Below, piece by piece: positions 26,402 through 36,807 of a stretch of DNA of 64,000 nt. The notes beneath the pieces are model-generated. The model worked only from the letters and a program-made list of their open reading frames with translations. It ran no database searches and had not been told where the DNA came from. This DNA comes from an uncultured archaeon (lineage in GTDB: Archaea; Altiarchaeota; Altiarchaeia; IMC4; SCGC-AAA252-I15): the NCBI GenBank assembly GCA_964587725.1, contig CAZPLO010000001.1, forward strand, positions 108,471 to 172,470, written 5' to 3'. The translations under genes and the position numbers were made by a program. Position 1 is the first letter of the stretch; each line of letters begins with the position of its first letter.

Positions 26402-27079
26402 ATGCAGGCCTCGGTTGTGGTGCCCACATACAATGAACGAGAAAATCTGAAAACGCTGGTGGAGAGAATATTCTCCGCAGCCGACGTAGAAGTCGTGGTG
26501 GTGGACGACGGAAGTCCCGACGGCACCGGCGAGTTAGCCGACCGGCTGGCTGAAGCATACAACATGAATGTCTTGCATCGGACCGGCAAACTGGGGCTGG
26601 CGTCCGCCATGCTCGCTGGACTGGAAGCGTCATCCAATGAGGTTGTCGGGTTCATCGACGCGGACTTGAGCCATCCGCCGGAGCTTATGCCAAAGCTCCT
26701 GAAGGAAGTGGATGACGGGGCCGACGTCGTGTTCGCCAGCAGGTACGCGGGGGCAGGCGGCGTCGAACACTGGCCGTGGCACCGGCGCATGATATCATGG
26801 GGCGCTACGATGCTGGCGCGGCCGCTGGCTCCCGTGAAAGACCCTATGTCCGGCTACTTCTTCATCAAAAAGAACGTGGTGGGGGGCGTGGAACTCGACC
26901 CCATAGGGTACAAGCTGGGGTTGGAGATACTGGTGAAGGGACACTACAGTAAAGTGGTGGAGGTGCCGTTCATGTTCCGGGATCGCGCAGCCGGAAAAAC
27001 AAAACTCAACCTCTCGGAGCACTTCAACTATTTGAAGCATCTGATGCGCTTGTACGCTTACAGGGTGGGGTTGAAATGA
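26402..27079 (+). CDS. Polyprenol-phosphate glycosyltransferase (GT2, DPM-synthase-like)
   Basis: VVPTYNEREN, VDDGSPDGT, DADLSHPP, ASRY, DPMSGYF and EVPFMFRDR. Confidence 0.92.
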   Translation: MQASVVVPTYNERENLKTLVERIFSAADVEVVVVDDGSPDGTGELADRLAEAYNMNVLHRTGKLGLASAMLAGLEASSNEVVGFIDADLSHPPELMPKLLKEVDDGADVVFASRYAGAGGVEHWPWHRRMISWGATMLARPLAPVKDPMSGYFFIKKNVVGGVELDPIGYKLGLEILVKGHYSKVVEVPFMFRDRAAGKTKLNLSEHFNYLKHLMRLYAYRVGLK

Positions 27080-27447
27080 AGACTGCGAAGTGGGCTATGG
27101 GGTTGGTGCTGTTGAGCACGTTGTCGGCGGCTTCTGGGCAGATACTCATCAAGACCGGCGTGAACACGTTGCAGGTGGATTTGCCGTCGCTTCTCACCAA
27201 CTACCCCCTCATCGGCGGATACCTGCTGTATGCGTTGAGCGCCGCCATGCTGGTTGCGGCGCTGAAATACGGGGAACTGTCCGTGCTTTATCCCATATAC
27301 GCGATGAACTACATCTGGGTGTCATTGGCGTCTCCTGTTTTCTTCCCGTCAGACAGCATGAACCTGGTTAAGTGGGTGGGGGTGGCGGCGATTGTCGCCG
27401 GGGTTGCGGTGATAGGCTTCGGAAGCAAAGGGGGTGAACATGGCTGA
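27076..27447 (+). CDS. Small EamA/SMR-type membrane protein 1
   Basis: 4 transmembrane helices; GQILIK and ELSVLYPIYAMNYIWV. Confidence 0.8.
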   Translation: MKTAKWAMGLVLLSTLSAASGQILIKTGVNTLQVDLPSLLTNYPLIGGYLLYALSAAMLVAALKYGELSVLYPIYAMNYIWVSLASPVFFPSDSMNLVKWVGVAAIVAGVAVIGFGSKGGEHG

Positions 27448-27787
27448 ACTGTGGTCTGGTCTGCTGGTATTGCTCGCCGCGTTGATAGGCGCGTTCGGGT
27501 CAATGTACTTCAAAAAAGGCGCCGACAGACTAGAACTAACCGTTCAGGGACTGCTGCGTAACAGCGACCTCATCAAAGGCGTCATAGTGTATGGGACGTC
27601 CACGGTGTTCTACGTCATCGGACTTCGAGGCGGGGAGCTGTCGGTGCTGTTCCCGCTGGTGTCCACAGGCTACGTGTGGGTTAGCCTGTTGTCCGTGAAG
27701 TACCTGGGGGAGCGGATGAACGCGATGAAGTGGGCGGGCATAGGGTTCATCATAGTGGGGGTCACGTTGATAGGTCTCGGCAGCTGA
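27440..27787 (+). CDS. Small EamA/SMR-type membrane protein 2
   Basis: 4 transmembrane helices; ELSVLFPLVSTGYVWV and LGERM; paralogue of the upstream ORF. Confidence 0.8.
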   Translation: MAELWSGLLVLLAALIGAFGSMYFKKGADRLELTVQGLLRNSDLIKGVIVYGTSTVFYVIGLRGGELSVLFPLVSTGYVWVSLLSVKYLGERMNAMKWAGIGFIIVGVTLIGLGS

Positions 27788-27817
27788 ACGTCTTTTTAGC
27801 GGATAGTTTCAGTATAT

Positions 27818-29932
27818 TTGACGACGACCATGAACTTAGCCGCATCCACCCTGCTGCTGGCGCTGTCTGCGTTGAGCGGCACAGTGTATATCCTGCTGCC
27901 GGGCCTGCTGGTATTGAACCGGCTGAAACTAGTCGACGGAAAAAACAGCCTCACCGAAATCCTGGCGTCGTCTGTAGCATGCGGCACCCTCATAGCAGTC
28001 CACATCACATTGGGGCTGACTTTTTCGGGACTGTTCACACAGGCGGCGGTGCTGGCGTACGGAATCCTCATACTGCTGGCGTTGGCTGTGGAACGCCCGA
28101 GACTTTCGTGGGTAAAGATGCCGCGGGTGAAATCCACCGGCCTGTCATTAGTGTTGATACTGTATCTACTGCCTGTCTTCACCTACCAGATGATATCGCC
28201 GGTGGTGGAGAAGGATGTGAGGGAGCTCACCCCCGTCCAGCACCTCATAGAAACAGGCCGTTACACTGAGGTGAGCAACCTAGGGCAGGCCATGTACATC
28301 ACCGTGTTGGCGCTGGTGAACGCGCCCGCCGACTGGATACCGGCCTACAATTTCGCGTCGGGATTCAACCCCTGGATTGCATTGATAACGTTGGTAGGCG
28401 TGTACCTACTGGTTAAAGAGGTATTCAACAGGGACGTTGCGCTGGCTGCAACAGCACTGTATTACGTGTTCCCCGTGTACAGCAGGGTCATCGACATGCG
28501 GCAGAGCATCATGGCCGTCCCGTTCCTCGCATTTTCCCTGTATTATTTCACCCGCTACATGAAGACCGGTGATAGGAAGCTACTGGCCCACTCCGCCATC
28601 CACCTGGCTGTGTGCTTCGGCGGCCTCACCACATTCATCGCGGGAGTGCTGACCTACATTGCGTTGGCGTTTCTGCTGATGCTGTCTGGCAGAGAATGGG
28701 AATCAGTTTCTGAAACGTTCTTCCTCACCAACGCCCTGCTGCTGTTCATCGCCCCGTTCGCGATTGAGACGCAGTTCCACACCACATGGGTTAAGGGGTT
28801 CATGCTGGCCTTGGCTTCGGCGATTGCGTTGTTGGCTGTCAGGAAGACGGGATTCCGTTTATCCGCGAGGGCGGCGAAGAAACACGCCGCCGCGATTTTG
28901 CTCGTTCTCTCCGTCCTGTCGCTTGCATTATTCCATCTGCAGGACGAGAGATTAAGCGGGTGGCCGCTGGACGGCAGCGCATCCTTCATAGGCTACAACC
29001 TCGGAGCATACCACGTGTTCAGCCTCCTGGCGTTAGCGGGCGTGATAGTGTTTTTCATGGACGGCTTCAAGGTGGATGCGGGAGTCGCAATGGTTACAGC
29101 CTACCTGACACTGCAGGTGATGTTCCTGGCGTACGCTGTGGCCGGGGTGGAGGTAATACCAGTCCAACACCTGTGGGACGTGGCCAAGGACGCCCTCCTC
29201 TATTTCGCGCCCCTAATCTACTGCATGTACGCGGCAAACGGGTTGAATGCTATTTTGGAGGCCGTTAACAGGAGGCGTGCGTTGTTCGCCGCAGCCCTGG
29301 TTTTGGTCTTAGTCCCGCATCAGCCGTGGACTTACGCGTGGGCGCTGGAGCATCCGTTCCAGATTCCTTCACGGGAGTACGTGCACGGCAAAACCCCGTA
29401 CCCCGGGGGCATACCCCCCGGCACATACTCTCTGCCGGAGAAGTACGCGTACATGAGCCTCCGCTACAGAAACACATTCAGCCCCGATGGAAGCAGCTTC
29501 CCCGTCACCATCTACGGCCAACAGGAGGCTGAGGTTTTGAATGCGTTGATGGAAGAAGACAGGGGACTGAAGAACCTGTTCTACGCGGAGGCGTACTCCA
29601 GCCGGCTGCCGGAAGGCAAAGGCTTCCTGAGGGACGCGTACGGCGTCGAAAACGATTTCACGCTGTTCTCGGCTATTGAGAAATACACGGGGATACTGCC
29701 TTCCAACATCAGCTTCGCCGGGCTGGAAAAAACATACGACGGAACACCGGAGGAGAGAACGGCGGTTGTCGACGAGAACAGCATCGGGTGGGTGGTCCAC
29801 GGCCCCCTGGAGGAGCGCGTGTTCCCCGGCAGCCGGCGGAAACTGGAATCCGACGACAGCCTGAATGCGGTGGTTGAAACAGAAGACTACGTCGTGTACA
29901 GGACGCAGGTATTATATGGTGTTTCACAGTAG
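27818..29932 (+). CDS. Large polytopic membrane protein, possible GT-C-fold glycosyltransferase
   Basis: 704 aa, more than 12 hydrophobic segments and a soluble C-terminal domain; lies within the glycosylation cluster. The family call is an inference. Confidence 0.6.
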   Translation: MTTTMNLAASTLLLALSALSGTVYILLPGLLVLNRLKLVDGKNSLTEILASSVACGTLIAVHITLGLTFSGLFTQAAVLAYGILILLALAVERPRLSWVKMPRVKSTGLSLVLILYLLPVFTYQMISPVVEKDVRELTPVQHLIETGRYTEVSNLGQAMYITVLALVNAPADWIPAYNFASGFNPWIALITLVGVYLLVKEVFNRDVALAATALYYVFPVYSRVIDMRQSIMAVPFLAFSLYYFTRYMKTGDRKLLAHSAIHLAVCFGGLTTFIAGVLTYIALAFLLMLSGREWESVSETFFLTNALLLFIAPFAIETQFHTTWVKGFMLALASAIALLAVRKTGFRLSARAAKKHAAAILLVLSVLSLALFHLQDERLSGWPLDGSASFIGYNLGAYHVFSLLALAGVIVFFMDGFKVDAGVAMVTAYLTLQVMFLAYAVAGVEVIPVQHLWDVAKDALLYFAPLIYCMYAANGLNAILEAVNRRRALFAAALVLVLVPHQPWTYAWALEHPFQIPSREYVHGKTPYPGGIPPGTYSLPEKYAYMSLRYRNTFSPDGSSFPVTIYGQQEAEVLNALMEEDRGLKNLFYAEAYSSRLPEGKGFLRDAYGVENDFTLFSAIEKYTGILPSNISFAGLEKTYDGTPEERTAVVDENSIGWVVHGPLEERVFPGSRRKLESDDSLNAVVETEDYVVYRTQVLYGVSQ

Positions 29933-29938
29933 GTTAAG

Positions 29939-30862
29939 ATGAAGGTTCTCGTGACAGGCGGCGCAGGATTTATAGGCAGCCACGTATGCGAACGGTTGCT
30001 TGAAGACGGACACTCCGTAACCTGCCTGGACAACTTCGACGACTACTACAGCCCCGACGTCAAAAGAGGTAACGTGGCCGACCTAGACGTCGAAGTCGTC
30101 GACTCGGATTTGAGGGACGCCGTAGTGGTGAAGGCCACGGTGGACGACGCGGCACCGGATTACATAATACACGAGGCTGCGCAGGCAGGCGTCAGGGCGT
30201 CGGTGAAGGACCCCGTTAAAACAGCGGACGTTAACGTCGGCGGAACAGTGAATCTGCTGGAGGCCGCGAAAAACTCGGGGGCGAAGAAGATTGTGTTCGC
30301 GTCGTCTTCTTCCGTTTACGGAAAAATCGAGTATCTGCCGTTCGACGAAAAACACCCCCTGAAGCCGATTTCGCCGTACGGGGTCAGCAAGGCTGCGGTT
30401 GAAGACTATTTCAGGGTTTACCGCGAACTCTACGGGATGGAATACGTGGGACTCCGTTACTTCACAGTCTACGGACCCAGAATAAGGCCTGACCTGGCGA
30501 TGGCGAAGTTCACGCGAGCAGCAGCCGCAGACAAAACCCTGGAAGTCTACGGAGACGGCAGCAAGAGCAGAGACTTCACCTACGTGTCGGACGCGGTGGA
30601 CGCGACCGTGAAGGCCCTGGAAAAAGGCAACGGCATATACAATATTGGAGGGGGCAGCCGGCTGACTGTTAAGGAGCTGGCTGAGAAGATAATATCCGAG
30701 GTAGGGTCGGGGAGGATAGAGTACGTCGAAGACCAGCGCGGGGACGTCCAACATACGGAATCGGACACGTCGAAGGCGCGGAAGGAACTGGGGTGGAAGC
30801 CCCGGACGGGATTCGACGAAGGCCTTAAGGAGACTGTGGATTGGGTGCTGAATCACTTGTAG
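29939..30862 (+). CDS. NAD-dependent nucleotide-sugar epimerase/dehydratase
   Basis: [24 protein letters not shown] (YxxxK) and LRYFTVYGP. Confidence 0.93.
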   Translation: MKVLVTGGAGFIGSHVCERLLEDGHSVTCLDNFDDYYSPDVKRGNVADLDVEVVDSDLRDAVVVKATVDDAAPDYIIHEAAQAGVRASVKDPVKTADVNVGGTVNLLEAAKNSGAKKIVFASSSSVYGKIEYLPFDEKHPLKPISPYGVSKAAVEDYFRVYRELYGMEYVGLRYFTVYGPRIRPDLAMAKFTRAAAADKTLEVYGDGSKSRDFTYVSDAVDATVKALEKGNGIYNIGGGSRLTVKELAEKIISEVGSGRIEYVEDQRGDVQHTESDTSKARKELGWKPRTGFDEGLKETVDWVLNHL

Positions 30863-31863
30863 GTCATGAACCCGCCCTTGAATACGCGGTAAAGCAGGTT
30901 CTCCATGAAGCCTGCGGAGAATACAAGGTGCTCCACCAACGTCACAGCCACGAACACCGGATAGATTACGCACTCATCCCGTTTCAGAATCTTCAACCCC
31001 AGGAGGAAGCGGAACACCAGGGGCGCAGACAGGAAGGCCGCGGCCAAGACGCTGAATGGGAGGGTAGACAGAGCCGCCGGCATCAGCAGCGGGAACAGCT
31101 TCAACGCGTGAACCGGCCTCTTCAGGTTAAACCACACACTCCTCCCGTAATAACGCTGCTGTTTGAGCCGTCGGACGAATGTGGCGTACATCCCCCAATG
31201 GTATATGAAGTCGGGGTCGTATACGAGCTTGTAGTCTCTCTCCATTATCAGCTTGGACGCAATCTTTTCGAAGCGGTGCTCCTCCCCCACACCCAGGTCG
31301 ACTGGGGGGTTCACCTCCAGGTAGAATCTTTTACGCATCAGCGCGTGGCTCCAGGGAACCACATTCACATCCGACGAGTCCCTTGAAAACACGGTCACAT
31401 TCTGAGACTGCTCCCCTATTCTGGTGCGGAAGAACAAATCGTGTGTGTATACCGCCAGGCGGTCGTGTATCCTCTGAATCCTGGACATAAGGTTGTCGCC
31501 TTCCAACACTATGCGGGGCACCACCTGCACGACCTTTGGGTCTCTGAAGTAGTGGAGGAACGGCTGGGAGTCTTCAACCCACGAGTCCGCGCCCACCAGC
31601 TGGATAAACTCTCCCTTGGCTTCGCGTGCTCCGCGGTCCCACGACGAAGCGGCGCCCCTGGCCTCGTCGTTCCTGTACACTGTCACCGGCAGCTTGGACA
31701 GTATCTCCGGCGTCCCATCTGTGGATGCGTCGTCCACCACCACCAACTCTATGTTTGGGGAATGAGGCATCCTGGATATGCAGCCCCGGATGTCCTCTTC
31801 CTCGTTGCGCGCCGCAACAACAACAGACACGTCAACGCTGTTTGAATCTTTTTCGCGCTTCAT
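30853..31863 (-). CDS. Glycosyltransferase family 2 with C-terminal transmembrane helices
   Basis: VVVAARNEEEDI, VDDASTDGT and GAD. Confidence 0.85.
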   Translation of the reverse strand: MKREKDSNSVDVSVVVAARNEEEDIRGCISRMPHSPNIELVVVDDASTDGTPEILSKLPVTVYRNDEARGAASSWDRGAREAKGEFIQLVGADSWVEDSQPFLHYFRDPKVVQVVPRIVLEGDNLMSRIQRIHDRLAVYTHDLFFRTRIGEQSQNVTVFSRDSSDVNVVPWSHALMRKRFYLEVNPPVDLGVGEEHRFEKIASKLIMERDYKLVYDPDFIYHWGMYATFVRRLKQQRYYGRSVWFNLKRPVHALKLFPLLMPAALSTLPFSVLAAAFLSAPLVFRFLLGLKILKRDECVIYPVFVAVTLVEHLVFSAGFMENLLYRVFKGGFMTYK

Positions 31864-33016
31864 CGTATAGGGATAAGATATTGTCTATGTGCGTGTCCAT
31901 GCCGTATCTCTCCTCCGCCCGCAGCCGCGCAGCATGTGACATCTCGTTCAACCTGCCTGGGTCCAACAGCAGATTATTCAATGCGTCAGCCAATGCCGCA
32001 GGGTCGCCGGGCGGAACCAGCAACCCTGTGACGCCGTCTTCAACCAAATCCGGTATGCCTCCGACCTTCGACGCCACCACCGGCCTGGCGGACGCCATCG
32101 CCTCATAGACCACCATGGGCGAGTTCTCTGGTATTAGCGACGGCACGCACACTATGTCGGAGGAACGATACAGTTCCTTCAGTTCCCGGGGAAACTGCTG
32201 CCCCAGAAACCCCATCCCCTCCACCCCCGCAGCCTTATCCTTCAGCGCCTGTTCGTCCGGGCCGGCGCCCGCCACCAGCAGCCCCACTCCATGCATGCTA
32301 CTCACAGCCTCGATGAGACAACCCAAACCCTTGTTCAACATCAGCCGGCCCGCATACAACACACGTCTGTTTTGGGGTGGCGGCGTACGCGCGTACCCTT
32401 CAAGAGATATACCGTGGGGCACATACTCTGCGCCCACACCCAAAGACGAATCAAGAAGGTCTTTCATGAACGTGCTCGGCGCAACCAACGCATCCACCAA
32501 CGGCATGTTGGCTCTGGCCGCATAATTCCTCAGCTTCTGGTACGCGAACATCCACGGGCTGACGCATCCTCCGGCGGCGCATGCGAACGAGTACTTGCGT
32601 TCCGGCGGACACGGCACCATTCCCTTGGCTAGTTTGCCTTGGCTGCATTCGAAGCGGCAGTCGTGGACGGTCATCACCGTCGGAACCCTGCCTGCGGCGC
32701 CCCTCAGCGCGGCGGTGGACAGGCGGGAGAACACGCTGTTGAAGTGCACCACATCCGGTTCCTCCGACACCACCAGCTTTTTTATCGCGCGCCCGGCCCG
32801 TATGCTCCACAGCCTGGACAGCGCGAACCTGAAGTCCAGGGGATACGGGTCGATGAACGTGTGGTGCCAGGGAAGGTTCTCCGCACCTCTGCCGTCGGAG
32901 CTGCCCGCAGACAACACCTCCACCCCCCGTTTCAGCAGGTGGCTGCAGAGGTTGAGTGTGTAGGATTCTGCGCCGCCGACGGCGTGGAAGTGGTCGTTGA
33001 CTACCAGGACCTTCAT
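31832..33016 (-). CDS. Glycosyltransferase family 4
   Basis: GGAE, LYAGRLMLNKG, ENSPMVVYEAMASARPVVASKVGGIPD. Confidence 0.9.
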   Translation of the reverse strand: MKVLVVNDHFHAVGGAESYTLNLCSHLLKRGVEVLSAGSSDGRGAENLPWHHTFIDPYPLDFRFALSRLWSIRAGRAIKKLVVSEEPDVVHFNSVFSRLSTAALRGAAGRVPTVMTVHDCRFECSQGKLAKGMVPCPPERKYSFACAAGGCVSPWMFAYQKLRNYAARANMPLVDALVAPSTFMKDLLDSSLGVGAEYVPHGISLEGYARTPPPQNRRVLYAGRLMLNKGLGCLIEAVSSMHGVGLLVAGAGPDEQALKDKAAGVEGMGFLGQQFPRELKELYRSSDIVCVPSLIPENSPMVVYEAMASARPVVASKVGGIPDLVEDGVTGLLVPPGDPAALADALNNLLLDPGRLNEMSHAARLRAEERYGMDTHIDNILSLYDEARKRFKQR

Positions 33017-33018
33017 TT

Positions 33019-34029
33019 TCAGGCTTCCCAGGTCTGCAACCCCTCCATGTCGAAGCTGAAGCTGCGGACGTGAGCCCCCATCTCACGGACTTGGTCGGCG
33101 ACAGCCTCTTCTTTGCCGGACTCGCAGTAGAGTATCATGTGGCCTCCTCCGCCGGCGCCGCTGATTTTACCTCCCAATGCGCCATTCTTCCTCGCCGCCG
33201 CATACACCTTGTCTATGTATTCGTTGCTCATCAACGGGCTGAACTTCTTCTTCTCAACCCACCCCTCGTGCAGCAGTTCGCCGAAGCGGTTGAGGTCTCC
33301 TTTCCGGAGTGCGCTGTTGGTCTCCTCAGTCAGCGCCTTCACCTTATGCAGGGCCTCCACCACCTTTTTCTCGCCATCCACATACGATTTCACCTGGTCT
33401 GTGATGATGTCGCCTGACTGGCTGCGGTCCATCACGTGCACCAGCAGCAGATTCTTCTCCAACTCCAACAAGCTGTTCTTCCTAAGCCGGAGAGTGTTGA
33501 CGCGGACGAAGTCGTCTCCGCGGAACTCGATGAAGTTTAGGCCTCCGAAGACGGACGCGTACTGGTCCTGGCGGCCGCCCTTGTTGCCGAGTTCCTCACG
33601 CTCCAGTTTGAACGCGAGCTCCGCGATCTCGTAGTCGGTCATCCTGTTCTCACGTCTCAGAAAATTGAAGACGCCAATCAGGGAGACGAACGCCGACGCC
33701 GACGAACCCAGGCCGCTGCGCGGCGGAATGTCGCCGCGTAACGTAAGTTTCACGCCCTTGCCGTTGGAGTGCATCTCCTTCACCACCGCAGACAGCAAAT
33801 CCATTGGGCCGCCGTATTTTATCTTTCCGACGCTGTCGAAGGTGACGGGGCCGCCGTGGCTGTCCTTCAGCCACACTTTCCCGTCGTCGCGCATCTCCAG
33901 GGACGCCCACGCATACTTGTTTATCGTGGCAGACACAACACATCCCCCATGCTCTTCAGTGTACGGTGACACGTCCGTGCCGCCTCCGGCGAAACTAATC
34001 CTCACCGGCGCCCTGCTCCGCACAACCAT
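33019..34029 (-). CDS. hddA: GHMP sugar kinase, D-glycero-alpha-D-manno-heptose-7-phosphate kinase (HddA-like)
   Basis: APVRISFAGGGTDV, PPRSGLGSS, GGRQDQYASVFGG and GGKISGAGGGG. Confidence 0.85.
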   Translation of the reverse strand: MVVRSRAPVRISFAGGGTDVSPYTEEHGGCVVSATINKYAWASLEMRDDGKVWLKDSHGGPVTFDSVGKIKYGGPMDLLSAVVKEMHSNGKGVKLTLRGDIPPRSGLGSSASAFVSLIGVFNFLRRENRMTDYEIAELAFKLEREELGNKGGRQDQYASVFGGLNFIEFRGDDFVRVNTLRLRKNSLLELEKNLLLVHVMDRSQSGDIITDQVKSYVDGEKKVVEALHKVKALTEETNSALRKGDLNRFGELLHEGWVEKKKFSPLMSNEYIDKVYAAARKNGALGGKISGAGGGGHMILYCESGKEEAVADQVREMGAHVRSFSFDMEGLQTWEA

Positions 34030-34037
34030 GGTAATGT

Positions 34038-35135
34038 TTAGGATGCAGCCGACTTATATACTTCCAGTAGACGCGAGCACACCACATCCCTGGTGAACAG
34101 TTCGGACACCCGCTTCCTCGCCCTGGCGGACAGTTCAGCCGCCAATTCACTGTCATACAGTATCTTCTCCAACGCCTCCCGCAGGGCGTCGGGATCGCGG
34201 GGCTCCACCAATAACCCTGCGTCGCCGACCACATAAGGCATGCCGGAGAAATTGGTTGAGATAACGGGTTTCCCGGACGCCATCGCCTCCACCAGCACCA
34301 GCCCGAACGCCTCCTGCCGGGTCACAGACGGCAGCGCAAACACGTCACACGCGGCATAGTACTCGGGCAGCCGCTCATCCGACACCCGGCCTGCAAAGAC
34401 TACGTTAGACGATGCCATAGACTCCAGCCCAGCCTTCAACGGGCCGTCGCCGACTATAACCAACGTGACATCCTTCAACCCCTCGCACGCCCTAATCAGG
34501 TACTCCAAACCCTTGTAGGGTACGAGGCGGCCGACGAACAACACCATCTTCCCCGACAGAGCCAGTTTCTTCCGCAGCCCAGAGCCATCCACCCCCGAAT
34601 ACCTTCGGGGGTCGACGAAGCTGGAGGCCACAATCACTTTGTCCATGAAATATTTCAGCACCGGCGACGACTCCGCGTAGTTCGGCGAAGTCACGAAAAC
34701 CTTCACAGCCCGTCTCAGGGTAAGCCAGAGGAAAGGGTAATAGAGCAGCTTGAACACATACTGCAGCAAACCCTCCTTCACAATGTCGGCATGGTATGTG
34801 ACAAACAAGGGTTTTCTACGGAGCATTGAAGCCGCGCACGCGAATATGCCGCTGACCGGGTCCGGCAGGTTAACGTCTATGACATCGTATCTTTCACTGA
34901 ACAGTTGCATCAATATTCCGGGAGCCAGCAACGCGTTGAACAGAGTCAGCCAAACGCTGGAACGCCGCACCTCAACGCCGTCGACAACCTCCTCATCCAA
35001 TGTGTTTTCTTCATGGGAGGTGAGCACCACCACCTCCTCTCCGTGACCGACCAGCCACCTTCCCAGCTCGAGAACCCGAGCCTCCAACCCGCCGGCGTAG
35101 GGGTGGAAGTGCTTCGACACCATGCACAGACGCAT
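34038..35135 (-). CDS. Glycosyltransferase family 4
   Basis: GGLE, FVGRLVPYKG and EAFGLVLVEAMASGKPVI. Confidence 0.92.
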   Translation of the reverse strand: MRLCMVSKHFHPYAGGLEARVLELGRWLVGHGEEVVVLTSHEENTLDEEVVDGVEVRRSSVWLTLFNALLAPGILMQLFSERYDVIDVNLPDPVSGIFACAASMLRRKPLFVTYHADIVKEGLLQYVFKLLYYPFLWLTLRRAVKVFVTSPNYAESSPVLKYFMDKVIVASSFVDPRRYSGVDGSGLRKKLALSGKMVLFVGRLVPYKGLEYLIRACEGLKDVTLVIVGDGPLKAGLESMASSNVVFAGRVSDERLPEYYAACDVFALPSVTRQEAFGLVLVEAMASGKPVISTNFSGMPYVVGDAGLLVEPRDPDALREALEKILYDSELAAELSARARKRVSELFTRDVVCSRLLEVYKSAAS

Positions 35136-36119
35136 CTAGACCACCAAAACATTGGAGACGGAGTAGAGGGCCAGCAGCGCGAACAAAACCTCCAACAGTA
35201 TTATAGTAGACACTAGTTTCCGCTCGGACACTCCGCTGTACATGTTCATCACCAGCCGGCCCAAACCGAACACATCCCGTCTGTCGTCGCACACCAGCCT
35301 GCCTTCTTTGAGGCCGCACCAGGAATCCGCCTTGAACCCGCTGCGGGCCTTCAGGAACAGCTCGACAAAGAAGGGGGCAATCAGTATCACACCCACCTTC
35401 TCGATGTTCCCCACTATTACGGAAGAAGCCACCACAGCCCCCACGGTGAGGGTGCCGACGTCCCCTATCAACACCTTAGCCGGAAACCAGTTGTATTTCA
35501 GGAACGCGAGTAATGCGCCGAGCATAGCCAGGACTACTACGGCAGCCTCCACGTTTCCTGTGGCGTAGGCGACCACAGCCACTGTAGAACACATCACCGC
35601 ACCCAACCCGGCCTCCAAACCGTTGAAGCCCGCGAGCATGTTGGTGGCGTTCGACGCTCCCGTAATAGCCAGCGGCACCAGCACCAGAGCATAGAATACT
35701 CCGAAGTCCACCGGCCCCAACAGGGGAACCTCCATGGTGGTGACACCAGCCTTAACCGCCACCAACGGCAGAGCCGCGAACACCGGAAGCAACGCCTTAA
35801 CCCGCTGGCTCATCAGGAACAAATCATCTATGATGCCGACCAACGCCATCACAACCACAGTCGACAGACACGCCAGCAACAGCGTTAGATTCATCTCAAC
35901 ATGCACGACGTCGAAGGTCGTCAACGCGATAGCCAACAGCACACCCACTATGAAGCCGCCCACCACAGCCAACCCACCCATCTCCGGCAACACCACCTCC
36001 CCAGGCTTGTTCATGTCCCGGCCCACAATACCCGCAGCCCTCAGCCTGCCCATAAGCCACGGAGTAACCGCATAAGTAAAGGCGAACGACGACGCCAACA
36101 CCCAAAGCAAACCCAACAT
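35136..36119 (-). CDS. Polyprenyl-phosphate GlcNAc-1-phosphate transferase (MraY/AglH/GPT family)
   Basis: GRDMNK, PEMGG, GIIDD, NATNMLAGFNGLE and YNWFPAKVLIGDVGT; start at the ATG at 36119. Confidence 0.9.
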   Translation of the reverse strand: MLGLLWVLASSFAFTYAVTPWLMGRLRAAGIVGRDMNKPGEVVLPEMGGLAVVGGFIVGVLLAIALTTFDVVHVEMNLTLLLACLSTVVVMALVGIIDDLFLMSQRVKALLPVFAALPLVAVKAGVTTMEVPLLGPVDFGVFYALVLVPLAITGASNATNMLAGFNGLEAGLGAVMCSTVAVVAYATGNVEAAVVVLAMLGALLAFLKYNWFPAKVLIGDVGTLTVGAVVASSVIVGNIEKVGVILIAPFFVELFLKARSGFKADSWCGLKEGRLVCDDRRDVFGLGRLVMNMYSGVSERKLVSTIILLEVLFALLALYSVSNVLVV

Positions 36120-36242
36120 CACACACCACTCAAAAAAACATATTATATTCAATAGTTAAATCACCCAACGAAGCAACATATATAAAGAAGGCAGGCCCTA
36201 TACATATCCCAGAACGGCTCGCTCCGTTCACACGCGCTGCGA

Positions 36243-36748
36243 GTGCCCCCTAACGGGGGCACGCACATGAACCTCCCGAAGAGGGGATACAAAAAAATAC
36301 ACACATACAACACGCGGCCGTAGTGTAGGCACGGCTTGCTCCGTGCACACGCACGGCGCACATCAGCCCTCATGGGCTGAGTGCACCACAAAAAGGCCGC
36401 GCACACAAACACAAACCAATGAAACCCGAACAAACAGGTGGATAAAAAAAACACATACAAAACGCGGCCGTAGTGTAGCCTGGTTATCACTCGAGGTTGC
36501 CAATCTTGCGACACGGGTTCGAATCCCGTCGGCCGCAAACTGTCACGCCCAGTTTACATGCGCAGCGGGTGCCCCCCCACGGGGGCACGCACTAGAGACA
36601 CGACTCCCGTCAAACACCGACGGGATAAGCAAGCCCCAGAGGCAATCAGAATCCCGTCGGCCGCATCAGCTCACATCGAAGCAACATCCTGTCACAAACA
36701 AGACGGGGTAAGCGAGTCCGCAGGACGAGCGGAATCCCGTCGGCCGCA
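36243..36748 (+). repeat. tRNA-Gly fragment repeats and repeated hairpins around the intact tRNA
   Basis: 36301-36328 matches 36451-36478 at 27/28 positions (upstream flank plus 15 nt of the tRNA 5' end). The 17-nt tRNA 3' end gaatcccgtcggccgca recurs at 36649 and 36732. The gtgcccc...gggggcacgcac hairpin occurs at 36243 and 36569. Confidence 0.9.
36464..36537 (+). tRNA. tRNA-Gly (GCC)
   Basis: Acceptor stem gcggccg/cggccgc, anticodon loop tt-GCC-aa, T arm acggg-ttcgaat-cccgt; CCA not encoded. Confidence 0.9.
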
Positions 36749-36807
36749 TCCTATCTTTTTTTCGATGACAGTGTCTTTTTATACTGTGGTTCCAGTAGTT
36801 TGGTACG

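Noticed and set aside
36301-36345. Split or permuted tRNA half
   Set aside because: Only 15 nt of the 5' end is copied, no complementary leader or BHB partner was found, and an intact tRNA-Gly is adjacent.
36243-36748. Possible CRISPR array near the Cas4-like gene
   Set aside because: The repeats are tRNA fragments of 15-17 nt with irregular spacing (83-150 bp) and partly homologous spacers; no cas1 or cas2 is present.
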